Of a stretch of DNA of 64,000 bases, positions 23,563-32,623 are shown piece after piece. Positions within the stretch are counted from its first letter, which is position 1. Every line of letters starts with the position of its first letter. Where the stretch lies: positions 128,001 to 192,000 of the forward strand of contig CAVYSY010000031.1 of NCBI GenBank assembly GCA_963771175.1, written 5' to 3'. Under the pieces are notes generated by a model. It saw only the letters and a list, made by a program, of their open reading frames with translations. It did no database searches and was not told the DNA's origin. This DNA comes from an uncultured delta proteobacterium. Its GTDB lineage: Bacteria; Myxococcota; Myxococcia; Myxococcales; Myxococcaceae. The translations under genes were made by a program, and so were the position numbers.

Positions 23563-25377
23563 ATGACCCGGCTCCTCGTCCTCCTGCTCCTGGCGGCCTG
23601 TGCGACGCCTCCGCGTCCCCTGCCCTCCGCTCCCCCGGTGCTCCCCTCCCCGGAGCCGCCCCGGCCCCTCCTCCGCGTCTACCGGCAGCTCCCTGGCGGA
23701 GTGTCCTCCGAGTGGGGCGTGTTGCCGCCGGGCTCCGCGAACGCCGAGCTGCTCCCAACGGGCCCCTGGTACGCCGAGCCCCTCGCGCCCGTGCGCACCG
23801 AGGCGGAGGCCCTCGCGCTGGCCTCCGTGCTGCACGAGCACCACGTTCCGGGTCTGGCCTTCGGGGAGGTGGCGCTGCCCGAGCCTGCCATCCTCGCGCG
23901 ACTCATCGAGGGCACCTCGCTCACGACCCTCCTCCTCGCGGACACGCCCTTCACCGATGCGCACCTCGCCGCCCTGCGTGGACTGGAGACCCTGGAGTCC
24001 CTGCACCTCGCGCGCACACAGGTGACGAACGCGGGGCTCATCCACCTGGAGGGAAGAACCCGCCTCGCGGAGCTGGTGCTGAACGAGACCGCCGTGTCGC
24101 ACCGGGGCATGGAGTCCCTCGCCCGCCTCACCGGGTTGCGCCGGCTCGGGCTCGGGAGCACGGCCGTTGGGACCCAGGGGCTCGACTTCCTCGCCGGACT
24201 CGCCGACCTGGAGTGGCTCGACCTCTCCGACACCGTGGTGGATGACCCCCTGCTCGCCCTGCTGCCCGGTACGCACCTGCGCACGCTCATCCTCAGCGGA
24301 ACCAGCATCACCGACGCGGGACTCGTCGCGCTCCAACGGATGCCGGAACTGGAAGAGCTCGGGCTGGCGAGGACCACCACCTCCGACACGGGACTGGCCC
24401 ACGTGCTCGGGCTGCATGCACTGAAGGCACTCCACCTCGGAAACTCCCGTGTGTCGGACGCGGGGCTGAAGCACCTCGCCGGGCTCACCTCCCTGCGAGC
24501 CCTGGTGCTCAGCAAGACGCACGTTGGAGGCACGGGGCTCCGCTGGCTCGGCGGACTCGAACGCCTGGAGGTGCTCCACCTCGATGACACCCCCGTCACC
24601 GATGCCGGGCTCCGACACCTCGCCTCTCTTCGAAGGCTGCGCGAGTTGGACCTCTCGCGAACGGCCGTCACCGGGGCAGGGCTCGGAGTCGTCGGAGGCT
24701 TCACCCTGCTGGAGACCCTCAACCTCTCCGGGCTGGCGCTCGAAGAGGCTTCGCTGGAGGCGCTCGCGCCGCTCCAGGTACTGGCCCGGCTCGACCTGAG
24801 CAGCACTCCCCTCACCGCCGAGGGCCTGCGCCGGCTGGGCCCACGCGAAGCACTGCGCCACCTCGACCTGAGCCGCACCCGCCTCGACGATGGCTGGCTC
24901 GCCGGGCTCCAGGCCTTTCCTCACCTCCAATCCCTGCACCTCGTGCGGACGCAGGTGACGGACCCGGGGCTCGAACAGCTCGCCGCGCTGAAGGAGTTGG
25001 AGACGCTCTACCTGCGTGCCAATCCCATCCACGGCACCGGACTGTCCGCGCTCGAAAGACTGCATCGCCTCACGGCCCTGGACCTGGGCGGCACGTTCGT
25101 GGACGACTCGGGCACGCAGGCGCTCTCGCGGCTCGGACGGCTCTCCTGGTTGAGCCTCGCGCGGACCCGGGTGACGGACGCGAGCCTCGTCCACCTGCCC
25201 CGCTCGCTGCGCACGCTGTACCTCACGCGCAACCCGGTGACGGACGCGGGCATGGCCTCGGTCCTCCAGCTTCCCCTGCTCCGCGAACTCGACCTGCGCG
25301 GCACGAACGTGTCCGCTGAAGTGCAGGCCCGGCTGACTCGGGAGCACGGCGTGCGGCTCATGTCCGCTACGCCTTGA
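23563..25377 (+). CDS. Leucine-rich-repeat lipoprotein
   Basis: Lipobox LAAC; about 20 tandem ~24-aa LxxLxLxxTxVTDxGL repeats. Confidence 0.85.
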   Translation: MTRLLVLLLLAACATPPRPLPSAPPVLPSPEPPRPLLRVYRQLPGGVSSEWGVLPPGSANAELLPTGPWYAEPLAPVRTEAEALALASVLHEHHVPGLAFGEVALPEPAILARLIEGTSLTTLLLADTPFTDAHLAALRGLETLESLHLARTQVTNAGLIHLEGRTRLAELVLNETAVSHRGMESLARLTGLRRLGLGSTAVGTQGLDFLAGLADLEWLDLSDTVVDDPLLALLPGTHLRTLILSGTSITDAGLVALQRMPELEELGLARTTTSDTGLAHVLGLHALKALHLGNSRVSDAGLKHLAGLTSLRALVLSKTHVGGTGLRWLGGLERLEVLHLDDTPVTDAGLRHLASLRRLRELDLSRTAVTGAGLGVVGGFTLLETLNLSGLALEEASLEALAPLQVLARLDLSSTPLTAEGLRRLGPREALRHLDLSRTRLDDGWLAGLQAFPHLQSLHLVRTQVTDPGLEQLAALKELETLYLRANPIHGTGLSALERLHRLTALDLGGTFVDDSGTQALSRLGRLSWLSLARTRVTDASLVHLPRSLRTLYLTRNPVTDAGMASVLQLPLLRELDLRGTNVSAEVQARLTREHGVRLMSATP

Positions 25378-25398
25378 ACGTGTCCTCTCTCCCGCGAG

Positions 25399-27585
25399 TC
25401 ACGGCCCCGCGGGAGCCGCGACCGGAGCGGAGGTCGGGGCCGGCTCATTGACCATGCCTTCCAAGTCCACCCCGAACGCCCGGACGACCTGCAGCACGCT
25501 GCTGCGATCGTCCGTCCACCGCACCCGAGGAGGCCCGGAGAGCATGGGCCGCTGCAGCCGGTCTTCCTCTCGCAGGAAGGTGTCCCCGCGGGAGAAGCTC
25601 ACCTCCGGGCTGAGCAACAACCAGATGCTGCGGTTCGCGTTCTCCGACGGCTCCGTCGCCACCTGCGTGGCGTGCAGTCCCAAGGTCCGCGCGTGCGCCA
25701 GGGCGACGGGCCGCAGGTCCAGGTGCAGGCTGCTGATGTGCAGCGCCAGCACTCCCCCGGGCGCCAGGTGCTTGCGATAGACGGCCACCGCCTCCTCGGT
25801 AAGCAGGTGGACGGGGATGGAGTCCGAGCTGAAGACATCCACCGCGAGCACGTCGAAGCCCTGCCCCTGGCCCCGCTCCAATTCCTGCTCGAGCAGGAGC
25901 CGCGCGTCTCCCTCCACCACCTCCACCCGCGCCGGCGTGTCGTGCAGGAAGGAGAAGTAGCCGCCCTCGCCCTGGGCCAGGGCGATGATCTGCGGGTCGA
26001 TCTCATAGAAGCGGAAGGTGTCCCCGGAGCGCCCCAGCGCGGCCGATGTCCCCACGCCGAGCCCCAGCACTCCCACGCGCAGCGAGGACGGCAGCCCCGC
26101 GGCCTCCTTGAGACGTCGCTGCTCGGCGAGTGCCAGTCCCAGCCCGCTCTCGGGCGTGTAGTAGGCCGTGGGCCGCATCCGCCGCTCCGGATGGGTGTAC
26201 TGGTAGCCGTGCAGGATGATGCCGTGCCGCAACATCACCACGTGGCCCACGTCGTTGCGGTCCGGCGTCTCCGCCACGTACACCACGCCGAAGAAGCCGC
26301 GCCAGGCCGCGATGAAGGGACGGGTGTCCGAGATGGCCAGCCCGAGGAGTCCGGCCACCAGGAGCAGCAGCAGGGCCGGCACGAAGCGGAGGGCGGCCCG
26401 GGACACGGACTCGCCGGGGGCGCGGCGCACCAGGACGAGCGCCGCCAGCAGGCAGCAGGCGCCCAGTGCGAGCGGGTACTCCAGATAGAAGCGGAAGAGG
26501 CGCGGGGCCACCAGATGGACGAAGGCGCCGCCGACCACGCCCCCCACGGACACCCAGAGGTAGAAGGCGCCCAGGTAACGAGGCGGGGGCCGCAGCCGGT
26601 ACAGCTCGCCGTGGCACAGCAAGCACCCGGAGAAGAGGGCCGCCGAGTGGACGAGCAGCTGCAAGGGCAACGGGGCGTTGCCATCCATATAGGTGGCGCT
26701 CACCACCCCGCCCACGGCCAGCAGCAGCAGCACCGCGGTGAGGGGGCGCGAGTAGAGCGCCTCGCGCTCGAAGGCGATGATGAAGGTGAGGAGGTACAGG
26801 GCCAGCGGCAGCACCCAGACGAAGGGTCCGGCCGACACGTCCTGCGAGAGCTGGTTCGTCGCGCCCAGCAGCAGCACCGAGGCACACCCGCTCAGCCCCA
26901 GCCACGCCAGGGTGCGCCCCCACCCCGGAGCGGCTCCGCCGTCCGCCGCCACCTCGCCCGCGGCCACCGGCGCCGCCTCCAGGCGCAGCACCCCCCGAGC
27001 ACACACCACGCAGCCCCCGGCGAAGAGGAGGAAACCCGCCGCCCACACCCAGGCCTGTACGCCGCGCCCCAGCCAGGGCTCGACGAGGAAGGGGTAGGCC
27101 AGCAGCGCCAGCAGCGAGCCCGCGTTGGAGAGGGCGTAGAGGCGGTAGGGCGAGACACCCGGTCGCATCCGGCTGAACCAGCTCTGCAGCAGCGGCGCGG
27201 TGGTGGACAGCGTGAAGAAGGGCAGCCCCAGCGTGACCGCCAACATGGCCAGCAACCGAGCCGTGGAGATGGCATCCGCCGCGGGGCGCCACTCGGGACC
27301 GGGCGCCACCGGCGAGCCCCCCCACAGCGCGCGTCCACCCAGCACCGCCACCGTCAATCCCAGCAGGGCCAGGTGCACCTGCGCCTGTCGCCTTGGGGCC
27401 AGCCAGCGGACACTGGCATACGAATAGGCATACCCGCCCAGGAGCATCGCCTGGAAGAAGAGCATGCACGTGGTCCACACCGCCGGCGTGCCGCCGAACC
27501 ACGGCAGCGCGTACTTGCCCGCGAGCGGCTGCACTCCGAAGAGCAGGAAGGCGCCGAGAAAGAGGGTGGCGGCGTAGGGCTGCAT
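25399..27585 (-). CDS. Multi-TM protein fused to spermidine-synthase-like SAM-dependent transferase domain
   Basis: ~13 hydrophobic segments; VLGLGVG, YEIDP, EGDAR, VDVFSSDSIP. Confidence 0.85.
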   Translation of the reverse strand: MQPYAATLFLGAFLLFGVQPLAGKYALPWFGGTPAVWTTCMLFFQAMLLGGYAYSYASVRWLAPRRQAQVHLALLGLTVAVLGGRALWGGSPVAPGPEWRPAADAISTARLLAMLAVTLGLPFFTLSTTAPLLQSWFSRMRPGVSPYRLYALSNAGSLLALLAYPFLVEPWLGRGVQAWVWAAGFLLFAGGCVVCARGVLRLEAAPVAAGEVAADGGAAPGWGRTLAWLGLSGCASVLLLGATNQLSQDVSAGPFVWVLPLALYLLTFIIAFEREALYSRPLTAVLLLLAVGGVVSATYMDGNAPLPLQLLVHSAALFSGCLLCHGELYRLRPPPRYLGAFYLWVSVGGVVGGAFVHLVAPRLFRFYLEYPLALGACCLLAALVLVRRAPGESVSRAALRFVPALLLLLVAGLLGLAISDTRPFIAAWRGFFGVVYVAETPDRNDVGHVVMLRHGIILHGYQYTHPERRMRPTAYYTPESGLGLALAEQRRLKEAAGLPSSLRVGVLGLGVGTSAALGRSGDTFRFYEIDPQIIALAQGEGGYFSFLHDTPARVEVVEGDARLLLEQELERGQGQGFDVLAVDVFSSDSIPVHLLTEEAVAVYRKHLAPGGVLALHISSLHLDLRPVALAHARTLGLHATQVATEPSENANRSIWLLLSPEVSFSRGDTFLREEDRLQRPMLSGPPRVRWTDDRSSVLQVVRAFGVDLEGMVNEPAPTSAPVAAPAGP

Positions 27586-27627
27586 GAGGCTCGGAGCGTA
27601 CTATGCTGAAGTCTCCGACCTCCCGCC

Positions 27628-28764
27628 ATGGCCCAGACCTCGGTCCTTCCCTCCGCTCCGCTCGCCCCTCCCGAGCCCGCGCCGCTCTCGCCGGTGCCCG
27701 CCCCCGCCCGGTCGAAGTCGGCCTTCATCGTCGGGCCGCTCTATGACGGGCTGCTCTTCATCTTCAGCCCGCTGCTGGCGCTCGCGCTGGGGTGGGTCGT
27801 CTCGCCCTGGCACATGAATGGAGACACCGTCTCCTTCTTCGGGTCGCCGGTGAGCTTCATCAGCCTGGCCTCCGCCAGCTTCATCCATGCCCACCTGTTC
27901 GCGGTGTTCTTCCGCAGCCACGGCAACCGCGACGTCTACCAGCGCTTCCGGTGGCGCTTCACCCTCATCCCCCTCGGCATCTTCCTCGGGCTGGTGGTGT
28001 CGCCCTGGCTGCTGATGTTCAGCACCATCGTCAACACGGTGTGGGACGTCTACCACTCGAGCATGCAGAACTTCGGGCTGGGCCGCATCTACGACATGAA
28101 GCGCGGGGCCAACCCGGAGGTGGGCCGCACCCTCGACATCTGGATGAGCCACGTCCTCTACATCGGGCCCATCCTCTCCTCCAGCGTGACGCTGGCCGTC
28201 CACCTCGACTCCTTCAAGGAGCTCAACCGCGTCGGCAGCCACCTCTTCGACGTCGTCCCGCTGTGGGGCTCGAAATACCAGTGGATGCTCGCGGGCGGCT
28301 CGCTCGGCGCGGGCCTGACCTACACCGCCTACTACATCTTCTCGTACGTGCGGCTCGCCCGCCGGGGCGTGCCCATCTCCACGCAGAAGGTGCTGCTCTA
28401 CGCGTCCACCGCCCTGGTGAGCCTCCTGGGTTGGGGCTTCAACTCGTTCGGTGAGGGCTTCCTCATCCTCAACTTCTTCCACGCGCTGCAGTACTTCGCC
28501 ATCGTGTGGTGGGCCGAGCAGGAGAACCTCCCGCGCCTCTTCCGCGTCGAGGGCCGGCGCTGGGCGAAACCCTCCGCGCTGCTGCTCTTCCTGCTCGTGC
28601 CGATGCTCTACGGCGTGCTGCTCGGCTTCGGCGCCAACTACCTCGCGCCCAAGGGCCTGGAGCTCAACGTGTGCATGGCCCTCGTCAACACGGTGGCCAT
28701 GATGCACTTCTGGTACGACGGCTTCGTCTGGAGCGTGCGCAAGAAGGCCGTGCCCACCACCTGA
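27628..28764 (+). CDS. Polytopic membrane protein with His motifs
   Basis: Multiple TMs; HAHLF..RSH, WDVYHSSMQ, FFHALQY, HFWYDG. Confidence 0.7.
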   Translation: MAQTSVLPSAPLAPPEPAPLSPVPAPARSKSAFIVGPLYDGLLFIFSPLLALALGWVVSPWHMNGDTVSFFGSPVSFISLASASFIHAHLFAVFFRSHGNRDVYQRFRWRFTLIPLGIFLGLVVSPWLLMFSTIVNTVWDVYHSSMQNFGLGRIYDMKRGANPEVGRTLDIWMSHVLYIGPILSSSVTLAVHLDSFKELNRVGSHLFDVVPLWGSKYQWMLAGGSLGAGLTYTAYYIFSYVRLARRGVPISTQKVLLYASTALVSLLGWGFNSFGEGFLILNFFHALQYFAIVWWAEQENLPRLFRVEGRRWAKPSALLLFLLVPMLYGVLLGFGANYLAPKGLELNVCMALVNTVAMMHFWYDGFVWSVRKKAVPTT

Positions 28765-28793
28765 GGCGGCGAGGGGCCACGGCCCCGTGCCTC

Positions 28794-30374
28794 TCAGCGC
28801 CTCGCCACGCGCTTCATCGCCTCCTGGATGAGGTCCACGTACTGCCGGTTCTTCGGGTTCAGCTTGAAGGCCTTGCGGTACGCGTCCTCGGCCTGCGTCC
28901 ACTGGCCCTCGCCGCGCGACACCTCGCCCGTGAAGAACCACGCCTCCTCGCACCCGGGCTCCTGCCTCGACACCTCCTGGAGCTCCTGCAGCGCCAGCTT
29001 GCCGTGCGACTCGGGCTTCATCAGGTAGCGCGCCCACGCCCGGTAGGCCCGGTAGATGGGCTTCGGGTCGATGTCGCACGCGTACTCGAGGTACTCGAAG
29101 GCGCCCGCGTAGTTCTCCGCCTTCAGCCGCTTCATCGCCTCGTCGTACTGCGTGCGCGCGTCCAGCAGGTCCGTGCGGATGCGGAACTGCTCCGCCGTCG
29201 ACGGCCTGCCCGTTCCCACCTTCTTCTCCCGCGCCGCCGCCCGCCGCTTGCGCCACAGCGCCGCCTGCTCCACCTCGGACAGCGCCCCGTACGCCCGCGC
29301 GTACCCCACCAGCAGCGCCTCCGCCTTCTCCTTCAGGTCCGCCGTCTGGAAGCGCAGCGGCGAGTACTTGTCCGCCAGCGCGAGGAACGCCTTGCGCAGC
29401 GCCACCGGCTGCACGTCCTCCGGCACGCCCAGCAGGTCGAATGGATCCTGGCTCCGGTGTGACATGAAGGCGCTCAGCAGCGCGTTCTTCACCGCGTCGT
29501 CGTCATCCGAGAACGGCATCGCCGTGGGGCCCGTCGCCTGCGCGAGCGCCGCGGGGTCCACCGTCGCCACGCCCATCCCCGGCGGAGGCGTCAGGGCCGG
29601 AGCCAGCATGAGCGCCGGAGCCGCCGCCGCGGGCTGCGGTCGCTGGTCCACCTCCTCGATGAAGTCCGCCAACCCCAGCACGCAGAAGGCATAGAGCCGG
29701 CGCAGCGTGGAGTCGGTGTCCAGGCCCGAGCGCGCCATCAACTCCGGGAAGGTGGGCCGGAAGCGCAGCGCCTGGAAGAGCCGAGCGTCCTTCGAGGACA
29801 GCTTCGGCCCCTCCACCACCGGCACCTGCGCGAAGCGGCCGGTCATCCGTGAAGGTGAAGTGCGGTGGCCACCTCGTCGAAGGGCATGACGTTGGCCACG
29901 CCCGTGAGGATCAGCTGCGCGGTGTTCATCCGCACGCTGGTGTCCGGCGTCTCGATGTCGGCGATGAGCCGGTAGCGCGCGTCCGTCCAGCGGAAGCAGT
30001 CCAGCAGGCTCATCGCCATGTTCGGCCTGCATCTGCTTGTAGAGGTCGAACGGGCTGATGAGCCCCTTCTGCACCAGCAGCGCGCTCATGGGGACGTCCG
30101 TCTGCACGCTCTCAGCGAGCGCCTTCTGGTAGTCCGTCTCCGAGAGCTTCCCCTTCTCCACCAGGAACTTGCCCAGCGTCTCGTGCAGCAGGTTGCTGAC
30201 GCACGCCACCGGCGCCCCGTCCTCGAAGGTGATGCGCTTCTCGCGCTGGCGCACCTTGAGTTCCAGCGTGCACGTGCGCTCCTCCACGGCCAGCGCGTGC
30301 AGCAACAGCGGGAAGGGAGTCTCGGCGAGCGCCCCCTCGCGCTGCCTCAGGACCTGAGCGGGGGTGGAGAACAT
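28794..30374 (-). CDS. DUF4388 + degenerate J-domain + TPR protein, compensating frameshifts ~29850-30030
   Basis: GALAETPFPLLL...LGKFLVEKG; DPFDLLGV...RKAFLALADKYSP; TPR AEDAYRKAFKLNP. Confidence 0.75.
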   Translation of the reverse strand: MFSTPAQVLRQREGALAETPFPLLLHALAVEERTCTLELKVRQREKRITFEDGAPVACVSNLLHETLGKFLVEKGKLSETDYQKALAESVQTDVPMSALLVQKGLISPFDLYKQMQAEHGDEPAGLLPLDGRALPAHRRHRDAGHQRADEHRAADPHGRGQRHALRRGGHRTSPSRMTGRFAQVPVVEGPKLSSKDARLFQALRFRPTFPELMARSGLDTDSTLRRLYAFCVLGLADFIEEVDQRPQPAAAAPALMLAPALTPPPGMGVATVDPAALAQATGPTAMPFSDDDDAVKNALLSAFMSHRSQDPFDLLGVPEDVQPVALRKAFLALADKYSPLRFQTADLKEKAEALLVGYARAYGALSEVEQAALWRKRRAAAREKKVGTGRPSTAEQFRIRTDLLDARTQYDEAMKRLKAENYAGAFEYLEYACDIDPKPIYRAYRAWARYLMKPESHGKLALQELQEVSRQEPGCEEAWFFTGEVSRGEGQWTQAEDAYRKAFKLNPKNRQYVDLIQEAMKRVARR

Positions 30375-30456
30375 AGGGCGCGCAGTCTAGAGGCTCGCCC
30401 CCGTCCCCCACCAACCCCATCCGCTCGGCTGGATGCAGGGCCGGATGGTGGGCCCC

Positions 30457-30559
30457 CCTCACTTCTGGACGTCCAGAAGTGAGGTCCACTCGTCGTCGAC
30501 CACGAGTGATGTGGGCATTCACCCCACATCACTTCTGGACGTCCAGAAGTGAGGTCCAC
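30457..30559. repeat. Two tandem copies (70-bp period) of palindromic element
   Basis: Perfect 28-bp palindrome CCTCACTTCTGGACGTCCAGAAGTGAGG at 30457-30484; 31-bp TCACTTCTGGACGTCCAGAAGTGAGGTCCAC repeated at 30459 and 30529. Confidence 0.95.
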
Positions 30560-30571
30560 GGCGGCACCTGG

Positions 30572-31219
30572 TCACACCCGGGTGCCCATCACCTTGGCGG
30601 CCCAGCCGCGCGTCTCTTCGCCCACATGCTTCATCAACGAGTCGAAGCGCCCCGCGCGCATCAACTCCACCAACCGCTCGTCCCGCGCGAGAATTTCGGT
30701 CGCGTCCCAGGGAAAACTGAGTTCTGATTCCTCCGACTCCTGGTAGCGAGGGTGTGAGACTTGTACTTCCAGGTAGCGCGCAATGGTGTCGAAGAATTGA
30801 TCCACGTTCGAGGCCACTGGCATGACCTTGGGCTCGTATTCGTAGGTATCCACCATCACTACAGGCTGCCGACCCCATGCGTCCGCGAGGACAGGCACAG
30901 TGGCATAGGTGTAGACATCACCACCAAAGACAATCACGGGTGCACCCAACTCTCCCCACCACTCCTCTCGCCACCATTTGTTATCCTTCTCCAGCCCGTG
31001 CTCATTGTCGTCGCTTTGATTGAGCGCCAGAGCCAAGAGCTTGGTAGCAAACACCGCGTGCCCCATGCGGGCATAGACGCTCGCCAGCACCGGGTCGAAT
31101 GGAAGGCCCTCCAACAAGCTCCCAGCCCTCAAGGGTTTCCGAGCGGGCGGCGAAGTCCTCAATCCCAGATTCAACCGCTTGCATACATCCATCAGCCGCT
31201 CCAAACCGGGCAGAGCCAT
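30572..31219 (-). CDS. Putative immunity protein paralogue 3 (SUKH/SMI1-KNR4-like)
   Basis: Close paralogue of next two ORFs; AAGGAG RBS; VIVFG...QPVV...VASNVDQFF pattern. Confidence 0.7.
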   Translation of the reverse strand: MALPGLERLMDVCKRLNLGLRTSPPARKPLRAGSLLEGLPFDPVLASVYARMGHAVFATKLLALALNQSDDNEHGLEKDNKWWREEWWGELGAPVIVFGGDVYTYATVPVLADAWGRQPVVMVDTYEYEPKVMPVASNVDQFFDTIARYLEVQVSHPRYQESEESELSFPWDATEILARDERLVELMRAGRFDSLMKHVGEETRGWAAKVMGTRV

Positions 31220-31251
31220 CGCTTCTCCTTGCAATGGACGGGAGTCGGCAC

Positions 31252-31914
31252 TCACAGCGGCACGCCCGCCACTCTCTCGAACCAGCGTCGTGTCGCGTTG
31301 CTCTCCTTCGTGTTCTTCATCAAGGCATCGAAGCGCCTCGAGCGCATCAACTCCACCAACCGCTCGTCCCGCGCGAGGATCTCCGTTGCATCCCAGGGGA
31401 AGGTCAGGTCCGTTTCCCCGGACTCCTTGTAGTCGGGGTCCGCGACCAGTTTCTCCAGGTAGCGCGAGTAGCTGTCGAAATACCGGTCCACGTTCGAGGC
31501 GATGGGCATGACCTTGGGCTCGGACTCGTAGGTGTTCACCTCCACCACGGGCTGTCTTCCCCTCTCGTCCGCGAGACCAGGGACGGTGGCATAGGTGTAG
31601 ACGTCATCACCGAAAACAATCACGGGCACTCCCAACTCCTCCCTCCAGTTCTCCCGCCACCACTTGTTGCGTTCTTCCAAGTCGTGCTCCTGGTCATCGG
31701 AGCGAAGAAGAGCGCACCCCATCACCTTCGTAGCGAACGTCGCATGTCCCAAGCGGGCGTAGAGGCTCGCCAAAACCGGGTCGAAGGGAACACCCTCCAG
31801 CATACTCCCAGCCTTCAGCGGCTCACGGACGGGCGGTGAGGTCTCCAGACCCAGATTCAATCGCTGACATACTTCCAGCAATCGTTCCAAACCGGGCAGA
31901 GCCATGGTCTCCAT
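31252..31914 (-). CDS. Putative immunity protein paralogue 2
   Basis: GAGGAGG RBS; paralogue of flanking ORFs. Confidence 0.7.
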   Translation of the reverse strand: METMALPGLERLLEVCQRLNLGLETSPPVREPLKAGSMLEGVPFDPVLASLYARLGHATFATKVMGCALLRSDDQEHDLEERNKWWRENWREELGVPVIVFGDDVYTYATVPGLADERGRQPVVEVNTYESEPKVMPIASNVDRYFDSYSRYLEKLVADPDYKESGETDLTFPWDATEILARDERLVELMRSRRFDALMKNTKESNATRRWFERVAGVPL

Positions 31915-31947
31915 CGTACCTCCTCGTCATGGAGTCGGAGCAGGCGC

Positions 31948-32610
31948 TCATACCGGAGCACCCACCACCTTCGCGAACCAGTGTCGCACCTCGTCGCTAT
32001 CCTTCGTATGCTTCATCAATGGCTCGAAGCGGCCCGCGCGCATCAACTCCACCAACCGCTCATCCCGCGCGAGAATTTCGGTCACGTCCCAAGGAAAGAC
32101 GAGGTCCGTTTCCCCCGACTCCTGATAACTGGGGTGAGAGACCAGTGCTTCAAGGAAGCGCGAGTAGCTGTCGAAGAACCGGTCCACGTTCGAGGCGATG
32201 GGCATGACCTTGGGGTCGTACTCATAGGTGTTCACGCGTACTACGGGCTGCCTTCCCCACGCATCCGCGAGACCAGGCACGGTGGCATAGGCATGGACAT
32301 CGCTACCAAAAACAATCACCGGCTCCCCCAACTCCTTCCAGTAGTTTTCCCGCCACCATTTATTGCTCTCCTCCAACGTGTGTACCTGATCGTCGGATCG
32401 CTCAAGCACCCACCCCATCACCTTCGTGGCGAACGTCGCATGTCCCAGGCGGGCGTAGATGCTCGCCAAGATCGGGTCGAAGGGAAGGCCCTCCATCATA
32501 CTCCCAGCCCTCAACGGTTCACGGGCAGGCGGCGAGGTCTCCAGCCCCAGATTCAACCGCTGGCACACATCCAACAGCCGCTCCAACCCGGACAGGGCCA
32601 TGAATTCCAT
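31948..32610 (-). CDS. Putative cognate immunity protein paralogue 1
   Basis: 13 bp downstream of toxin stop; GAGGAG RBS; SUKH-like pattern. Confidence 0.72.
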   Translation of the reverse strand: MEFMALSGLERLLDVCQRLNLGLETSPPAREPLRAGSMMEGLPFDPILASIYARLGHATFATKVMGWVLERSDDQVHTLEESNKWWRENYWKELGEPVIVFGSDVHAYATVPGLADAWGRQPVVRVNTYEYDPKVMPIASNVDRFFDSYSRFLEALVSHPSYQESGETDLVFPWDVTEILARDERLVELMRAGRFEPLMKHTKDSDEVRHWFAKVVGAPV

Positions 32611-32623
32611 CGGTTCTCCTCAT

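Noticed and set aside
30459..30559. Mini CRISPR array (31-bp repeat, 39-bp spacer)
   Set aside because: Only two units, repeat core is a loop-less palindrome, part of the spacer recurs at 37867-37883, and no cas genes are present
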